Positions 19,980-28,688 of a DNA stretch of 64,000 nt are shown here, piece by piece; within the stretch, counting starts at the first letter, position 1, and each line of letters begins with the position of its first letter. Position numbers and translations under genes: made by a program. The notes below the pieces were generated by a model. The model did not search any database, was not told where the DNA came from, and saw only the letters and a list, made by a program, of their open reading frames with translations. The stretch covers positions 15,480 to 79,479 of the forward strand of contig MAAY01000082.1 in assembly GCA_002162795.1 (NCBI GenBank), in the 5' to 3' direction. The DNA comes from Rhodobacterales bacterium 56_14_T64. Its GTDB lineage: Bacteria > Pseudomonadota > Alphaproteobacteria > Rhodobacterales > Rhodobacteraceae.

Positions 19980-20182
19980 GATCATACCCTTTCAACTGGC
20001 ACCCGTTGCGGCGCTCATGCCTGAAACTGCGCGCCACAACAAGGCAAAGCGCAATCTTGTCCTTTATTCATCTGGCTCAAATTATCGCGGGGGCGAACAG
20101 GTTTCTTGGAGACTGTTCGACGGACAGTCTCACCTAAGGGCAGACGGAGCCCACAACAGGCCTCCCCCTCGCCCGCGTTAAA

Positions 20183-21217
20183 TCAACCGCCGCGCACCGT
20201 ATCGATCATCAGTTGCACGTTGTCCGGGTCCGCATCTGGGGTGATGCCGTGGCCCAGATTAAAGATATGCGCGCCACCCTTAAAGGCCTTTACGATCGCA
20301 CGGGTCTCATCCACCAGATCCTGACCACCAGTGACCATATGGCGCGAGGCAAGGTTGCCCTGCACACAGCCATCGACCTGCACGTTCTGCGCCGCCCAGT
20401 CCGGAGACACAGAATTGTCCAGCGCCACGCAGTCAATGCCGGTTGCCTTGGCAAAGCCGATGTATTTCTCGCCAGCTTCGCGTGGGAAGCCGATGATTGG
20501 AATACCGGGATGACGCGCCTTCAGCGCAGCGGTGATTTCGCGCGCGGGTTCCAGCGCATATTTCTCAAAGTCGTTGCCTTTCAACGAGCCTGCCCAGCTG
20601 TCAAATATCTTGACCACTTCGGCGCCGGCCTCGATCTGCATCGAAAGGTATTCGATGGTGGCCGCAGTGATCCGCGCCAACAGAGCCTCGAACAGGGGAT
20701 TGTTTTCCTCACGCAGCAGATGCGCAGGTCCCTGATCCGGCGTGCCACGACCAGCGATCATATAGGTCGCCACGGTCCAGGGCGCACCAGCAAAGCCTAT
20801 CAGGGTGGTCTCGGACGGCAGTTCCTGCGCAACCAGTTTCACCGTCTCATAAATCGGGTTCAGCACCTCGTGGATATCACTGACCGGACCCAGCTTATCA
20901 AAATCAGCTTGCGTGGTGATGGTCGACAACCGCGGCCCTTCGCCGGTGACGAACCACAGGTCCGCGCCCAGCGCCTGGGGAATCAGCAGGATGTCAGCAA
21001 ACAGGATCGCCGCATCAAATCCATAGCGACGGATCGGTTGCAGGGTGACCTCGGCGGCCAGTTCGGGGTTGTAACACAGCTTGAGAAAATCACCGGCCTG
21101 CGCACGGGTGGCACGGTACTCGGGCAGATACCGCCCAGCTTGCCGCATCATCCAGATTGGCGGCACATCCTGCTGTTCGCCCGCCAGTGCCCTCAGCAGT
21201 TTTTTCGTCTCGGCCAT
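20183..21217 (-). CDS. hemE: uroporphyrinogen decarboxylase
   Basis: '[17 protein letters not shown]' N-terminal signature. ATG 21217 (MAETKKLL...) preferred over the longer track ORF. Confidence 0.93.
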   Translation of the reverse strand: MAETKKLLRALAGEQQDVPPIWMMRQAGRYLPEYRATRAQAGDFLKLCYNPELAAEVTLQPIRRYGFDAAILFADILLIPQALGADLWFVTGEGPRLSTITTQADFDKLGPVSDIHEVLNPIYETVKLVAQELPSETTLIGFAGAPWTVATYMIAGRGTPDQGPAHLLREENNPLFEALLARITAATIEYLSMQIEAGAEVVKIFDSWAGSLKGNDFEKYALEPAREITAALKARHPGIPIIGFPREAGEKYIGFAKATGIDCVALDNSVSPDWAAQNVQVDGCVQGNLASRHMVTGGQDLVDETRAIVKAFKGGAHIFNLGHGITPDADPDNVQLMIDTVRGG

Positions 21218-21432
21218 GTCATTCCTCATCTGTCGCTTACATCCTGAGGTCAGGCCAAAGCTGTCATTTGTCAAGGCCAAGCCCGTCAAACGCGACGCTC
21301 TGAGCCAGTGGTGGCGAAATAAGCCTCTCGGCTGCACCTTCTCTTTGTCCTATGTCAAAGCGGCCCGATATCCGGCGCGGCACATGCAATAGCAGTTTCC
21401 ACTAGACCTCAAAGTACTTTAAGGCTGTCGCC

Positions 21433-22389
21433 ATGACATTGATGCTGCCCTCCCCCGCCTCGCCCCTGAAAATCGGCACCCGTGGTTCGCCGCTGGCGCT
21501 GGCACAGGCCTATGAAACCCGCCGCCGCCTGAGCGCCGCGTTTGATCTGCCCGAGGCCGCGTTTGAGATCGTCATCATCAAGACCTCGGGCGACAATCAG
21601 GCGTTGATTGCAGCGGACAAGCCGCTGAAAGAGCTGGGCGGCAAGGGATTGTTCACCAAAGAGATCGAAGAGGATCTGCTGTCGGGTGCCATCGACATCG
21701 CGGTGCATTCGATGAAGGACATGCCAGTGGCCCAGCCCAAGGGGCTGCTGCTGGATACCTACCTACCCCGCGAGGACGTGCGCGACGCTTTTGTCTCTCC
21801 AAAGGCCTCGGGGCTGGCAGAACTGGCGCCGGGCGCTGTCGTCGGCACCTCGTCGCTGCGCCGCCGGGCACAGTTGCTAAATCGCCGCCCTGACCTGAAT
21901 GTGGTCGAATTCCGTGGCAATGTGCAGACCCGGTTGAAAAAGCTGGGCGCTGGCGTTGCTGATTGCACGTTCTTAGCCATGGCAGGACTGAACCGGCTGG
22001 CGATGGACGACGTCCCTGCCACAGCCGTCAGCGTGGAAGACATGCTGCCCGCTGTCGCACAGGGGGCCATCGGTATTGAACGCCGCGGCAATGACACGAA
22101 CACCGCCGAAATGCTTGCTGCGATCCATGACGCTGAAACTGGCAAACGGCTGGCGGCCGAGCGTGCCTTTCTGGCGGCGCTGGATGGTTCTTGCGAGACA
22201 CCAATTGCAGGGCTGGCCGAACTTGACGGAACAACTCTGCGGCTGCGGGGCGAGGTTCTACGCCCTGATGGATCCGAAGCTATTGCCGCAGATGAGACAT
22301 GCCAGATTGATGACGGAGCTGATCTGGGCCGCGAGATGGCCGCAAGCCTGTTGGAACGCGCTGGAGAAGGGTTCTTTGACTGGCGCTAA
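21433..22389 (+). CDS. hemC: hydroxymethylbilane synthase (porphobilinogen deaminase)
   Basis: 'KIGTRGSPLALAQA', 'GGKGLFTKEIE' and 'RGNVQTRLKKL' motifs. Divergent from hemE. Confidence 0.93.
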   Translation: MTLMLPSPASPLKIGTRGSPLALAQAYETRRRLSAAFDLPEAAFEIVIIKTSGDNQALIAADKPLKELGGKGLFTKEIEEDLLSGAIDIAVHSMKDMPVAQPKGLLLDTYLPREDVRDAFVSPKASGLAELAPGAVVGTSSLRRRAQLLNRRPDLNVVEFRGNVQTRLKKLGAGVADCTFLAMAGLNRLAMDDVPATAVSVEDMLPAVAQGAIGIERRGNDTNTAEMLAAIHDAETGKRLAAERAFLAALDGSCETPIAGLAELDGTTLRLRGEVLRPDGSEAIAADETCQIDDGADLGREMAASLLERAGEGFFDWR

Positions 22390-22455
22390 CCAGACGCTAC
22401 GTCAGAAACACCCAGCCGGTTTTCTGACGCCACGCCCTATTTGACAGCTCGCGAC

Positions 22456-22483
22456 CTCCTCTGAAACGCTGTGTTCAGAGGAG
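22456..22483 (+). promoter_or_regulatory. Shine-Dalgarno-sequestering hairpin in desaturase leader
   Basis: CTCCTCTGAA (22456-22465) is the perfect complement of TTCAGAGGAG (22474-22483), with an 8-nt loop. The 3' arm contains the GAGGAG ribosome-binding site 5 nt before ATG 22489. Confidence 0.5.
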
Positions 22484-22488
22484 CCTCC

Positions 22489-23448
22489 ATGACACAACGC
22501 TTGATGACCCCCGGCAAAGCCTATCTCAGCACGGATGAAATTCGCCCATTGGCTAAGCGTTCCAACGCCATGGGGCTGTGGCTGGTGGTCCATTGCTGGG
22601 GAACCATTGCGCTGGCGATTGCGCTGTTTGCGTGGCTGCCTAACCCTCTGACTTTTATTCTAGTCGTGATCGTGATTGGTTCGCGCCAGTTGGGACTGGC
22701 GATCCTAATGCATGAAGCGGCACACAACGCCCTGTTCAAAACCCGCAACTGGAATGACCGTGCGGGTGAATGGCTGTGCGGGCGGCCTATTCTGGCTGAA
22801 CTCGCGGCCTATCGGCATTACCACCTGACCCATCACCGGTTCACCCAGACCGACAAGGACCCGGATCTGGCACTGTCCTCCAGCTTCCCAACCTCACATG
22901 CCTCACTCCGGCGCAAATTCGCCCGCGATCTGACTGGCCAAACCGGGGTCAAGCAGCTGGCTGGCCAGATCCTGATGTCCTTTCGCCTGGCTGGCGATCA
23001 GGACGCCATCGAGGCCGCAGCCTCGGATTTTGCGCAAAGCTTCAAGGCACCGGATCTGTGGAAAGCACTACCGGTGTTTGTTGGCATCATTGTTGGGTTG
23101 GGACTGATTGGAGACTGGTGGTGGGGGCTGGCGTTCTGGTTGCTTCCCTATTTGACCTGGTTCCAGTTTGTTCTGCGGCTGCGAAATATCGCCGAACATG
23201 GCGCCACCGAGCAATCCGAGAACCCACTGCAAAATGTCCGCACCACCCTCGCTAACCCACTAGCCCGGCTGTTGGTGGCACCTTACTGGGTGAACTACCA
23301 TCTGGAGCACCACATGGTGATGCATGTGCCCTGCTGGCGATTAAAGCGGATGCACGCAATACTGCTGGACAAGGGGTTGGGAAATCAGATGCGTATTGCC
23401 CGTGGCTATGGGCCGGCGCTGGCCGAAGCGGGATGGAAACGGTCTTAG
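22489..23448 (+). CDS. membrane fatty acid desaturase family protein
   Basis: Three His boxes ('HEAAHN', 'HYHLTHHRF', 'EHHMVMH') and TM helices. Confidence 0.85.
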   Translation: MTQRLMTPGKAYLSTDEIRPLAKRSNAMGLWLVVHCWGTIALAIALFAWLPNPLTFILVVIVIGSRQLGLAILMHEAAHNALFKTRNWNDRAGEWLCGRPILAELAAYRHYHLTHHRFTQTDKDPDLALSSSFPTSHASLRRKFARDLTGQTGVKQLAGQILMSFRLAGDQDAIEAAASDFAQSFKAPDLWKALPVFVGIIVGLGLIGDWWWGLAFWLLPYLTWFQFVLRLRNIAEHGATEQSENPLQNVRTTLANPLARLLVAPYWVNYHLEHHMVMHVPCWRLKRMHAILLDKGLGNQMRIARGYGPALAEAGWKRS

Positions 23449-23531
23449 ACCTCAACAATGAACTGTCTAGCATATAGTAGCCGAACCAACTTCTTTCAGC
23501 TAAATATCCTAAATATGTATTGGAACGAATT

Positions 23532-23777
23532 ATGACATTTTCGGTTGAAGTAAAAAACGCCGGGGAAGCGTCAACCTCCCAGCATGCTGTTCATATCTAT
23601 ATTAGCCCTGATGAAATCGACCAGTTGATCTTGGATTTACAGCAACTGAAAAAAAGCGAAATCGGAAGGAGTGTTCACTTGTTTAGCCCGAGCTGGGGCA
23701 ATGGTGATCTGACCGAAAAGCTGCATCGGAGCGATACCGTAATTACCCACCATCTTGAAATATCAACCGCTGAATAA
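23532..23777 (+). CDS. small hypothetical protein, immunity-protein-like (Imm32-like from memory only)
   Basis: 81 aa from ATG 23532 (MTFSVEVKNAGE...DEIDQLILDLQQLKKSEIGRSVHLFSPSWGNGDLTEK...ITHHLEI). Sits in a visibly AT-rich islet with A/T-ending codons unlike the neighbouring genes. Confidence 0.5.
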   Translation: MTFSVEVKNAGEASTSQHAVHIYISPDEIDQLILDLQQLKKSEIGRSVHLFSPSWGNGDLTEKLHRSDTVITHHLEISTAE

Positions 23778-23853
23778 CTATTCTGACGCATCGCAATGTA
23801 GTGTAATTGAATGCACAGTGATGTGGAGTGTTCGACGGCCCAGCACAACACTC

Positions 23854-24672
23854 TTACTGTTCTACCGTCCCCGCCCAACGCAGCCAGCTTTCGGGGCTAC
23901 CGCGGAACAGGTTCAGATCCACGTCACCAGAAATTCCCGGCACCTTGCCAGTGCCGCTGTACTGCCAAAAGCTCCACCCTGCCCTGGGATAGACTTGGGC
24001 CGGATGCCCGGCGACGGAGCGCAGCCAGAACTCTGTTCTCTGCAGACGCCCTATACCGGTATCTTGATAAAAATCAACCGTGGTATAAATCACCGGACGA
24101 CGACCGTAATGGGCCTCGAGCATGTCCAGAAACCGCTTGGCCTCGCGACGAACATGCGCGCCATCCGGACGTATGGTGCAGGTGGGTGAATGTGGTGTCC
24201 ATTCCATGTCCAGCACATGTGGCAGCGCATCAGACTCGCGCGGTACATGTTTAATAAACCAGCGCGCCTGCTGTGCCGCCGGACGGCAGAAGTAGAAATA
24301 GTGATATGCCCCACGGGCCACCCCTGCCCGGCGCGATCCGGCCCAATAGTCTTGGAACTTTGGATCGGCAATATCACCGCCCTCGGTCGCCTTGATATAG
24401 GCAAACGATACCCCGGCGTTGCGGGCCTGTCGCCAATTGATATCCCCCTGCCAGCGCGACACATCGATGCCGTGGATGGGATAAGATGTGGGTTTGCGTC
24501 GTTCCCAGTCAAACGGGTCGCTGTCACCAAAGCGAGGGTAGGTGGCCAGTTGCGCCAAGGCCCCGGCTGAGGGCTCCGGTATTGCTTGCACCAACTCGGG
24601 TACAGGTTCCGACCGTTGGCCACAGCCGACCAAAGCAGTTCCCAACACTATCAACACTACCAATTTACGCAT
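23854..24672 (-). CDS. GH25-family muramidase (lysozyme), predicted lipoprotein
   Basis: 'HGIDVSRWQGDINWRQARNAGVSFAYIKATEGG' GH25 signature. N-terminus MRKLVVLIVLGTALVGC carries a lipobox (LVGC). ATG 24672. Confidence 0.85.
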   Translation of the reverse strand: MRKLVVLIVLGTALVGCGQRSEPVPELVQAIPEPSAGALAQLATYPRFGDSDPFDWERRKPTSYPIHGIDVSRWQGDINWRQARNAGVSFAYIKATEGGDIADPKFQDYWAGSRRAGVARGAYHYFYFCRPAAQQARWFIKHVPRESDALPHVLDMEWTPHSPTCTIRPDGAHVRREAKRFLDMLEAHYGRRPVIYTTVDFYQDTGIGRLQRTEFWLRSVAGHPAQVYPRAGWSFWQYSGTGKVPGISGDVDLNLFRGSPESWLRWAGTVEQ

Positions 24673-24755
24673 GAAACCTCTGCCGCTACCGGGCGCTATC
24701 ATTACCAATCACATAGTTCAGAATAGAACGGTTCAGGACCGACACCTTAGTTCAA

Positions 24756-25058
24756 TCAGCCTTTGCTCCTAAGCCTTTCAGCCTCAAAATGTTTAAAGAT
24801 GCGATGCAGCCCCTGGCTTCGCCTTGCAAAGGCGCGATGACGCAGGACCAACCAATAGATAAACACCAAGTATATCGGCACCGCCAGCCACACCGTATCA
24901 AACCAGAAGGCTGCAATCAGAAACAACCCTGTGCCGATGCCATACCGCACCGCCAGAGATTTCTGGTAGTTGATCGGGGCCTGAATATCTTTGAGATAGC
25001 TGTCGATCACCGCCTGATCTTCGGCAGTGATTGTGCGCTTATTGGGTTGCATCGTCAT
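24756..25058 (-). CDS. hypothetical 2-TM membrane protein
   Basis: 100 aa with two hydrophobic helices (GIGTGLFLIAAFWF, VWLAVPIYLVFIYWLVL). ATGA overlap with the stop of the upstream LysM gene. Confidence 0.55.
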   Translation of the reverse strand: MTMQPNKRTITAEDQAVIDSYLKDIQAPINYQKSLAVRYGIGTGLFLIAAFWFDTVWLAVPIYLVFIYWLVLRHRAFARRSQGLHRIFKHFEAERLRSKG

Positions 25059-26260
25059 CGAACCATCTGAAGCCCCTGACCAAACATCGCCGAGGCCGCA
25101 GCAAAGGACGCCGGATCATCGGCAATCCCTGCTCCAGCCGTCAGTACATCCTCGACCAGTGTCGCGACGACCACAACGCCCGCGCCAACGATCAGCACGC
25201 CGCCGACCACCACCGCGCCATTGTCGACCACCCAGTCAAACACCTCGACATAAATCGGTTTTGGCACCCGCACCTTCACTTTGGGCTTGTCCGGAATGGC
25301 CTGTATTTCGATCTCAAGCCCAACATTCCCCTCGAACACCAGATCCTTTTTCTTGAACGACACCGGCTTCGGTGAAAGCGATGCCTTGATCGCCCCTGTT
25401 TTGGAAATACTGATCGAGGATTTCCATGTGGTCCCAGAGACGTTGCTGGCCACCGTGATGGAATCGACTTTAAACGACTTGAATTTGATAGAGGATTGGA
25501 AGGGTTTCAGCCCATTGGACAGTTCAGTCTCATAGGTCCGAAGGTTGAAACTGCCGGGCAACGGGCCTTTCTTCTGCACCTTGATCGACCCCTTCAGCGT
25601 TGTGGTGACAATCAGCGTCATGCCTGGGCCCTTCATCACCTGTTTGATCGAAGACCCTTTCTCCAGATCAAATTCCAACGTCGGATACATCACCGACATG
25701 GCAGGCTTGCGCGCCTCTGGCGTTGGCTTGGACGCTTTGGTCATCGAGGGCACTTCGCAGACGCCAACGGGGATATCGATGGCTGGGATCTTTAAATCTA
25801 CCCCGGCCAGGATGAAATTGCCCTTGGACTTGACCACCTTGGGGTTCTCGGCCGCGATCACAGGCCAGTACATTCCGTGGCCATATTTGTCCTTGGCGAT
25901 ATCCCACAATGTGTCACGTGGTTTAACCTTATACGTACCGCCGCCCGAGCCCGTCATTTCAAACCAGGCCGTCACCGCGACTTTGGCGATCCAGGAGGCG
26001 TCTTTTTGCTTGTAACTCGGATAAGGTCTAATATCGAGACCTCCATATTTTTTGGGCAGCGATTTCATCGCCTTTGCCAACGCCACCTCAAAAACCTTCT
26101 CGACGGGCTTGGGGGGCGTCTTGGTGCTGCTGTTGGTGAGTTTGTCAGCTTTTTTCTGCACATCCTTGGCCTGAACAGCCTTGGTCAGCAGTTTGTCCAA
26201 CTCTTTGGCAAAAATCTGTTCGTGCTTGGTAATATCTTTCAAATATGGATTGCTCGACAT
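25055..26260 (-). CDS. LysM-domain protein, Lys-rich, no signal peptide, Gly/Val-rich C-terminal hydrophobic segment
   Basis: 401 aa. LysM at aa 109-159 ('YKVKPRDTLWDIAKDKYGHGMYWPVIAAENPKVVKSKGNFILAGVDLKIP', nt 25784-25936). Beta-rich middle region. 'GAVVVGGVLIVGAGVVVVATLV...AGAGIA' near the C-terminus. AAGGA RBS before ATG 26260. Confidence 0.7.
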   Translation of the reverse strand: MSSNPYLKDITKHEQIFAKELDKLLTKAVQAKDVQKKADKLTNSSTKTPPKPVEKVFEVALAKAMKSLPKKYGGLDIRPYPSYKQKDASWIAKVAVTAWFEMTGSGGGTYKVKPRDTLWDIAKDKYGHGMYWPVIAAENPKVVKSKGNFILAGVDLKIPAIDIPVGVCEVPSMTKASKPTPEARKPAMSVMYPTLEFDLEKGSSIKQVMKGPGMTLIVTTTLKGSIKVQKKGPLPGSFNLRTYETELSNGLKPFQSSIKFKSFKVDSITVASNVSGTTWKSSISISKTGAIKASLSPKPVSFKKKDLVFEGNVGLEIEIQAIPDKPKVKVRVPKPIYVEVFDWVVDNGAVVVGGVLIVGAGVVVVATLVEDVLTAGAGIADDPASFAAASAMFGQGLQMVR

Positions 26261-26444
26261 AACGCCATCCTTAACAAAAAATAACTAGTTACAAGAAAGG
26301 CAAACACACGCCCTTCCCAACGAATTGCGACATGAACAACTGGAAAGTCGCCTTTAAAATATACCCCGACCAAAACAACCCGTCTAGGTTTCAACACCCA
26401 GAAATCTAACGGGCCAGCCAAAACAAGCTGATCCCCCGCTGAAT

Positions 26445-27743
26445 TCAGAGCGCGCTTTCCGCGGTTTTGGAACCATGCAAACCCGCAATACGCTTACGCA
26501 CCAGCTGAATGTGGATACGGGCATTAAAAGCAGTTTGTCGGTAAAGCGGCGGCAGGCGCACCTGCGCCAACTTCTCGTCCAGGTTAACCAAGCGCTCATC
26601 CATCTCAGCCAGCTCTACAGTGTCGCAGCCATTGGTCAGCTCTTCTTCGATCTGCTTGATCTCGGGGTAGTGCTGCAACACCCGCCAGCGCATCACAAAG
26701 GCATAGAGAGACGGGATCGCCCGCAGCATCGGTAGCAGTATGAACAGGATCGGCAGCATCAGAAGGAACAGCCGATTGACCTGCGCCGCCATCCAATAGG
26801 GCAGCCAGTCGTGCCAGGTTGACGGGCCGCTAACGATCAATTGCCGGGCCGCATTGTTGACAGGCAACCCGTTGCCCGTAACCGACGGGAACCGGCCGTG
26901 ATCGGTGATGATATCACGACTGCTATGCAACTCGATCGCCGCCATCGTCAGCCGATTGACCAAGGCCGGATGCAAGCTGTCGGTGATAGCCAAGCGGGCC
27001 TCTAGCGCCAGCAACTTGCGCGGCACGGGCGGGATAACCGGGTCTAGTGAGATCGCTCCGGTGGGCACTGTCACCGTATTGGCATACTGCAGCCGCCGCG
27101 AGATTGCCTCGCTATAGTCCAGCGGCACCAGGCGGATCCGTCGGTCGGCATAGGCCGCGACCAGATAGGGGGCATCAATCGGGGCGACAAAGACGGCTAT
27201 GTCGATTGTGCCGTCAAGCAGTGCGGTGACCGCATCGCTGTAGCTGAGGCCCAAGTGTTGATTTGCCGCTGGGTCCAGCCCGATCGCCGCCTGAAAGTCG
27301 TGAAAGGCTGCCGCAGTTCCAGACCCGGGGCGTCCGCTGTTGATCCGCAGGCCGCTCCACTGGGCTGGATTTCCGGGTATCTCGATGTCTCGTTGGGATA
27401 AGAACACCATTGGTTCAAAGAAAATGGCGCCTATGGCCTCGGTGCTTTGCCCCTGAACCTCGATGCCGCCCTGCAGAAAGGCGGTGTCCACTTGCTGGGT
27501 CTCGATCAGATTGGCATTTTCGGCTGAGCCCGCAGTTTCGACGATAACCAAATCGATACCGTCACGGGCCAGCACAGCACGATAACGCTGGGCCAGTTGA
27601 TTATATGCACCGCCAGATGGGCCGGCGGCGAGTGTAAGAGACGCTGGCGGATGCAGACGCAGCAGCATAACAACGGATCCAGCCAGGATAACGGCGGCCC
27701 CAACAAGGGCCCAGAACCGGGTGTTATTCAGCCGTTTCAGCAT
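26445..27743 (-). CDS. TAXI-family (TRAP-type) solute-binding domain protein with N- and C-terminal membrane segments
   Basis: 432 aa. N-terminal anchor, then a TAXI-like periplasmic binding fold ('AAGPSGGAYNQLAQRY...VETAGSAENANLI'), C-terminal TM helices and a coiled-coil tail. No TRAP permease gene is adjacent. Confidence 0.65.
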   Translation of the reverse strand: MLKRLNNTRFWALVGAAVILAGSVVMLLRLHPPASLTLAAGPSGGAYNQLAQRYRAVLARDGIDLVIVETAGSAENANLIETQQVDTAFLQGGIEVQGQSTEAIGAIFFEPMVFLSQRDIEIPGNPAQWSGLRINSGRPGSGTAAAFHDFQAAIGLDPAANQHLGLSYSDAVTALLDGTIDIAVFVAPIDAPYLVAAYADRRIRLVPLDYSEAISRRLQYANTVTVPTGAISLDPVIPPVPRKLLALEARLAITDSLHPALVNRLTMAAIELHSSRDIITDHGRFPSVTGNGLPVNNAARQLIVSGPSTWHDWLPYWMAAQVNRLFLLMLPILFILLPMLRAIPSLYAFVMRWRVLQHYPEIKQIEEELTNGCDTVELAEMDERLVNLDEKLAQVRLPPLYRQTAFNARIHIQLVRKRIAGLHGSKTAESAL

Positions 27744-27753
27744 CTGCGGCGCC

Positions 27754-28665
27754 TCAGATCCATTTGGCCATCGGTGGCAGGCTCATCAGCACGGCATCAG
27801 CGTCATGGCCGGTCTCAAGGCCAAATTTGGTGCCCCGATCGTAGACCAGGTTGTATTCAGCATAGAGCCCGCGATGGATCAGCTGCGCCTCTTTGTCGGC
27901 CTCGGTCCACTCCTGCACCCGGCGCTTTTCCACCAGCGGCACAAAGGCGGGCAAGAAGGCGCGACCAATGTCCTGTGTCAGGGCAAAATCCCGCTCCCAA
28001 TCACCACTGTTGCGGTCATCCATAAAGATACCGCCGACGCCACGGGCGCGGTTGCGGTGCGGGATATAGAAATACTCGTCCGCCCAGGCCTTTAGCTTGG
28101 GATAAAGCAGCCCGCCATGGGGGTTCAGGTGCTTCTTTTGCTGAGCGTGGAAATGTTTGGTGTCTTCATCATATTCAATGCAGGGGTTCAGATCCGATCC
28201 GCCACCAAACCACCAGGCATGTGGGGTCCAGAACATCCGGGTGTTCATATGAACCGCCGGAACATGTGGGTTCTGCATATGCGCCACCAGCGAAATGCCC
28301 GAGGCCCAGAATCGTGGATCCTCTTTCATTCCGGCCAGACCCTTGCGCGCCGCCATCGCGTTCTGCGCCTTCGCTCCCAAAGTGCCGTAAACCTCAGACA
28401 CATTGACGCCGACCTTTTCAAACACCCGGCCGCCGCGCATCACGCTCATCAGCCCACCACCAGCATCCGAGCCGTCGTCCGAGGCCCGCTTGGTATCCTT
28501 GATCTCAAACCGGCCCGGCGCCTGATCCGACAGCGGCCCGCTATCGTGGCTGTCTTCCAGCGCCTCGAATGCAGCAACTATCTGGTCCCGTAAGGTGCGA
28601 AACCAAGCAGCTGCCTCGGCTTTTTCGGCTTTCATGTCGTCACTCATATCAGGGTCTTTCAGCAT
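27754..28665 (-). CDS. hemF: oxygen-dependent coproporphyrinogen III oxidase
   Basis: 'HMNTRMFW...WWFGGGSDLNP' and 'YFYIPHRNRARGVGGIFMDD' HemF signatures. Confidence 0.93.
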   Translation of the reverse strand: MLKDPDMSDDMKAEKAEAAAWFRTLRDQIVAAFEALEDSHDSGPLSDQAPGRFEIKDTKRASDDGSDAGGGLMSVMRGGRVFEKVGVNVSEVYGTLGAKAQNAMAARKGLAGMKEDPRFWASGISLVAHMQNPHVPAVHMNTRMFWTPHAWWFGGGSDLNPCIEYDEDTKHFHAQQKKHLNPHGGLLYPKLKAWADEYFYIPHRNRARGVGGIFMDDRNSGDWERDFALTQDIGRAFLPAFVPLVEKRRVQEWTEADKEAQLIHRGLYAEYNLVYDRGTKFGLETGHDADAVLMSLPPMAKWI

Positions 28666-28688
28666 GTTGCGTTGAGTATTGGCAGCGC

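Noticed and set aside
19825-20181. 118-aa plus-strand ORF downstream of the racemase gene
   Set aside because: It has an implausible composition and overlaps the better-supported 55-aa minus-strand ORF, which has an RBS-like sequence.
20213-21247. 344-aa plus-strand ORF
   Set aside because: It is antisense to hemE. Same artefact class.
21218-21432. hemE-adjacent intergenic region as chromosomal origin (Caulobacter-type hemE-Cori linkage)
   Set aside because: The region is not AT-rich and has no consensus DnaA boxes or CtrA TTAA-N7-TTAA sites. It is simply the divergent hemE/hemC promoter region.
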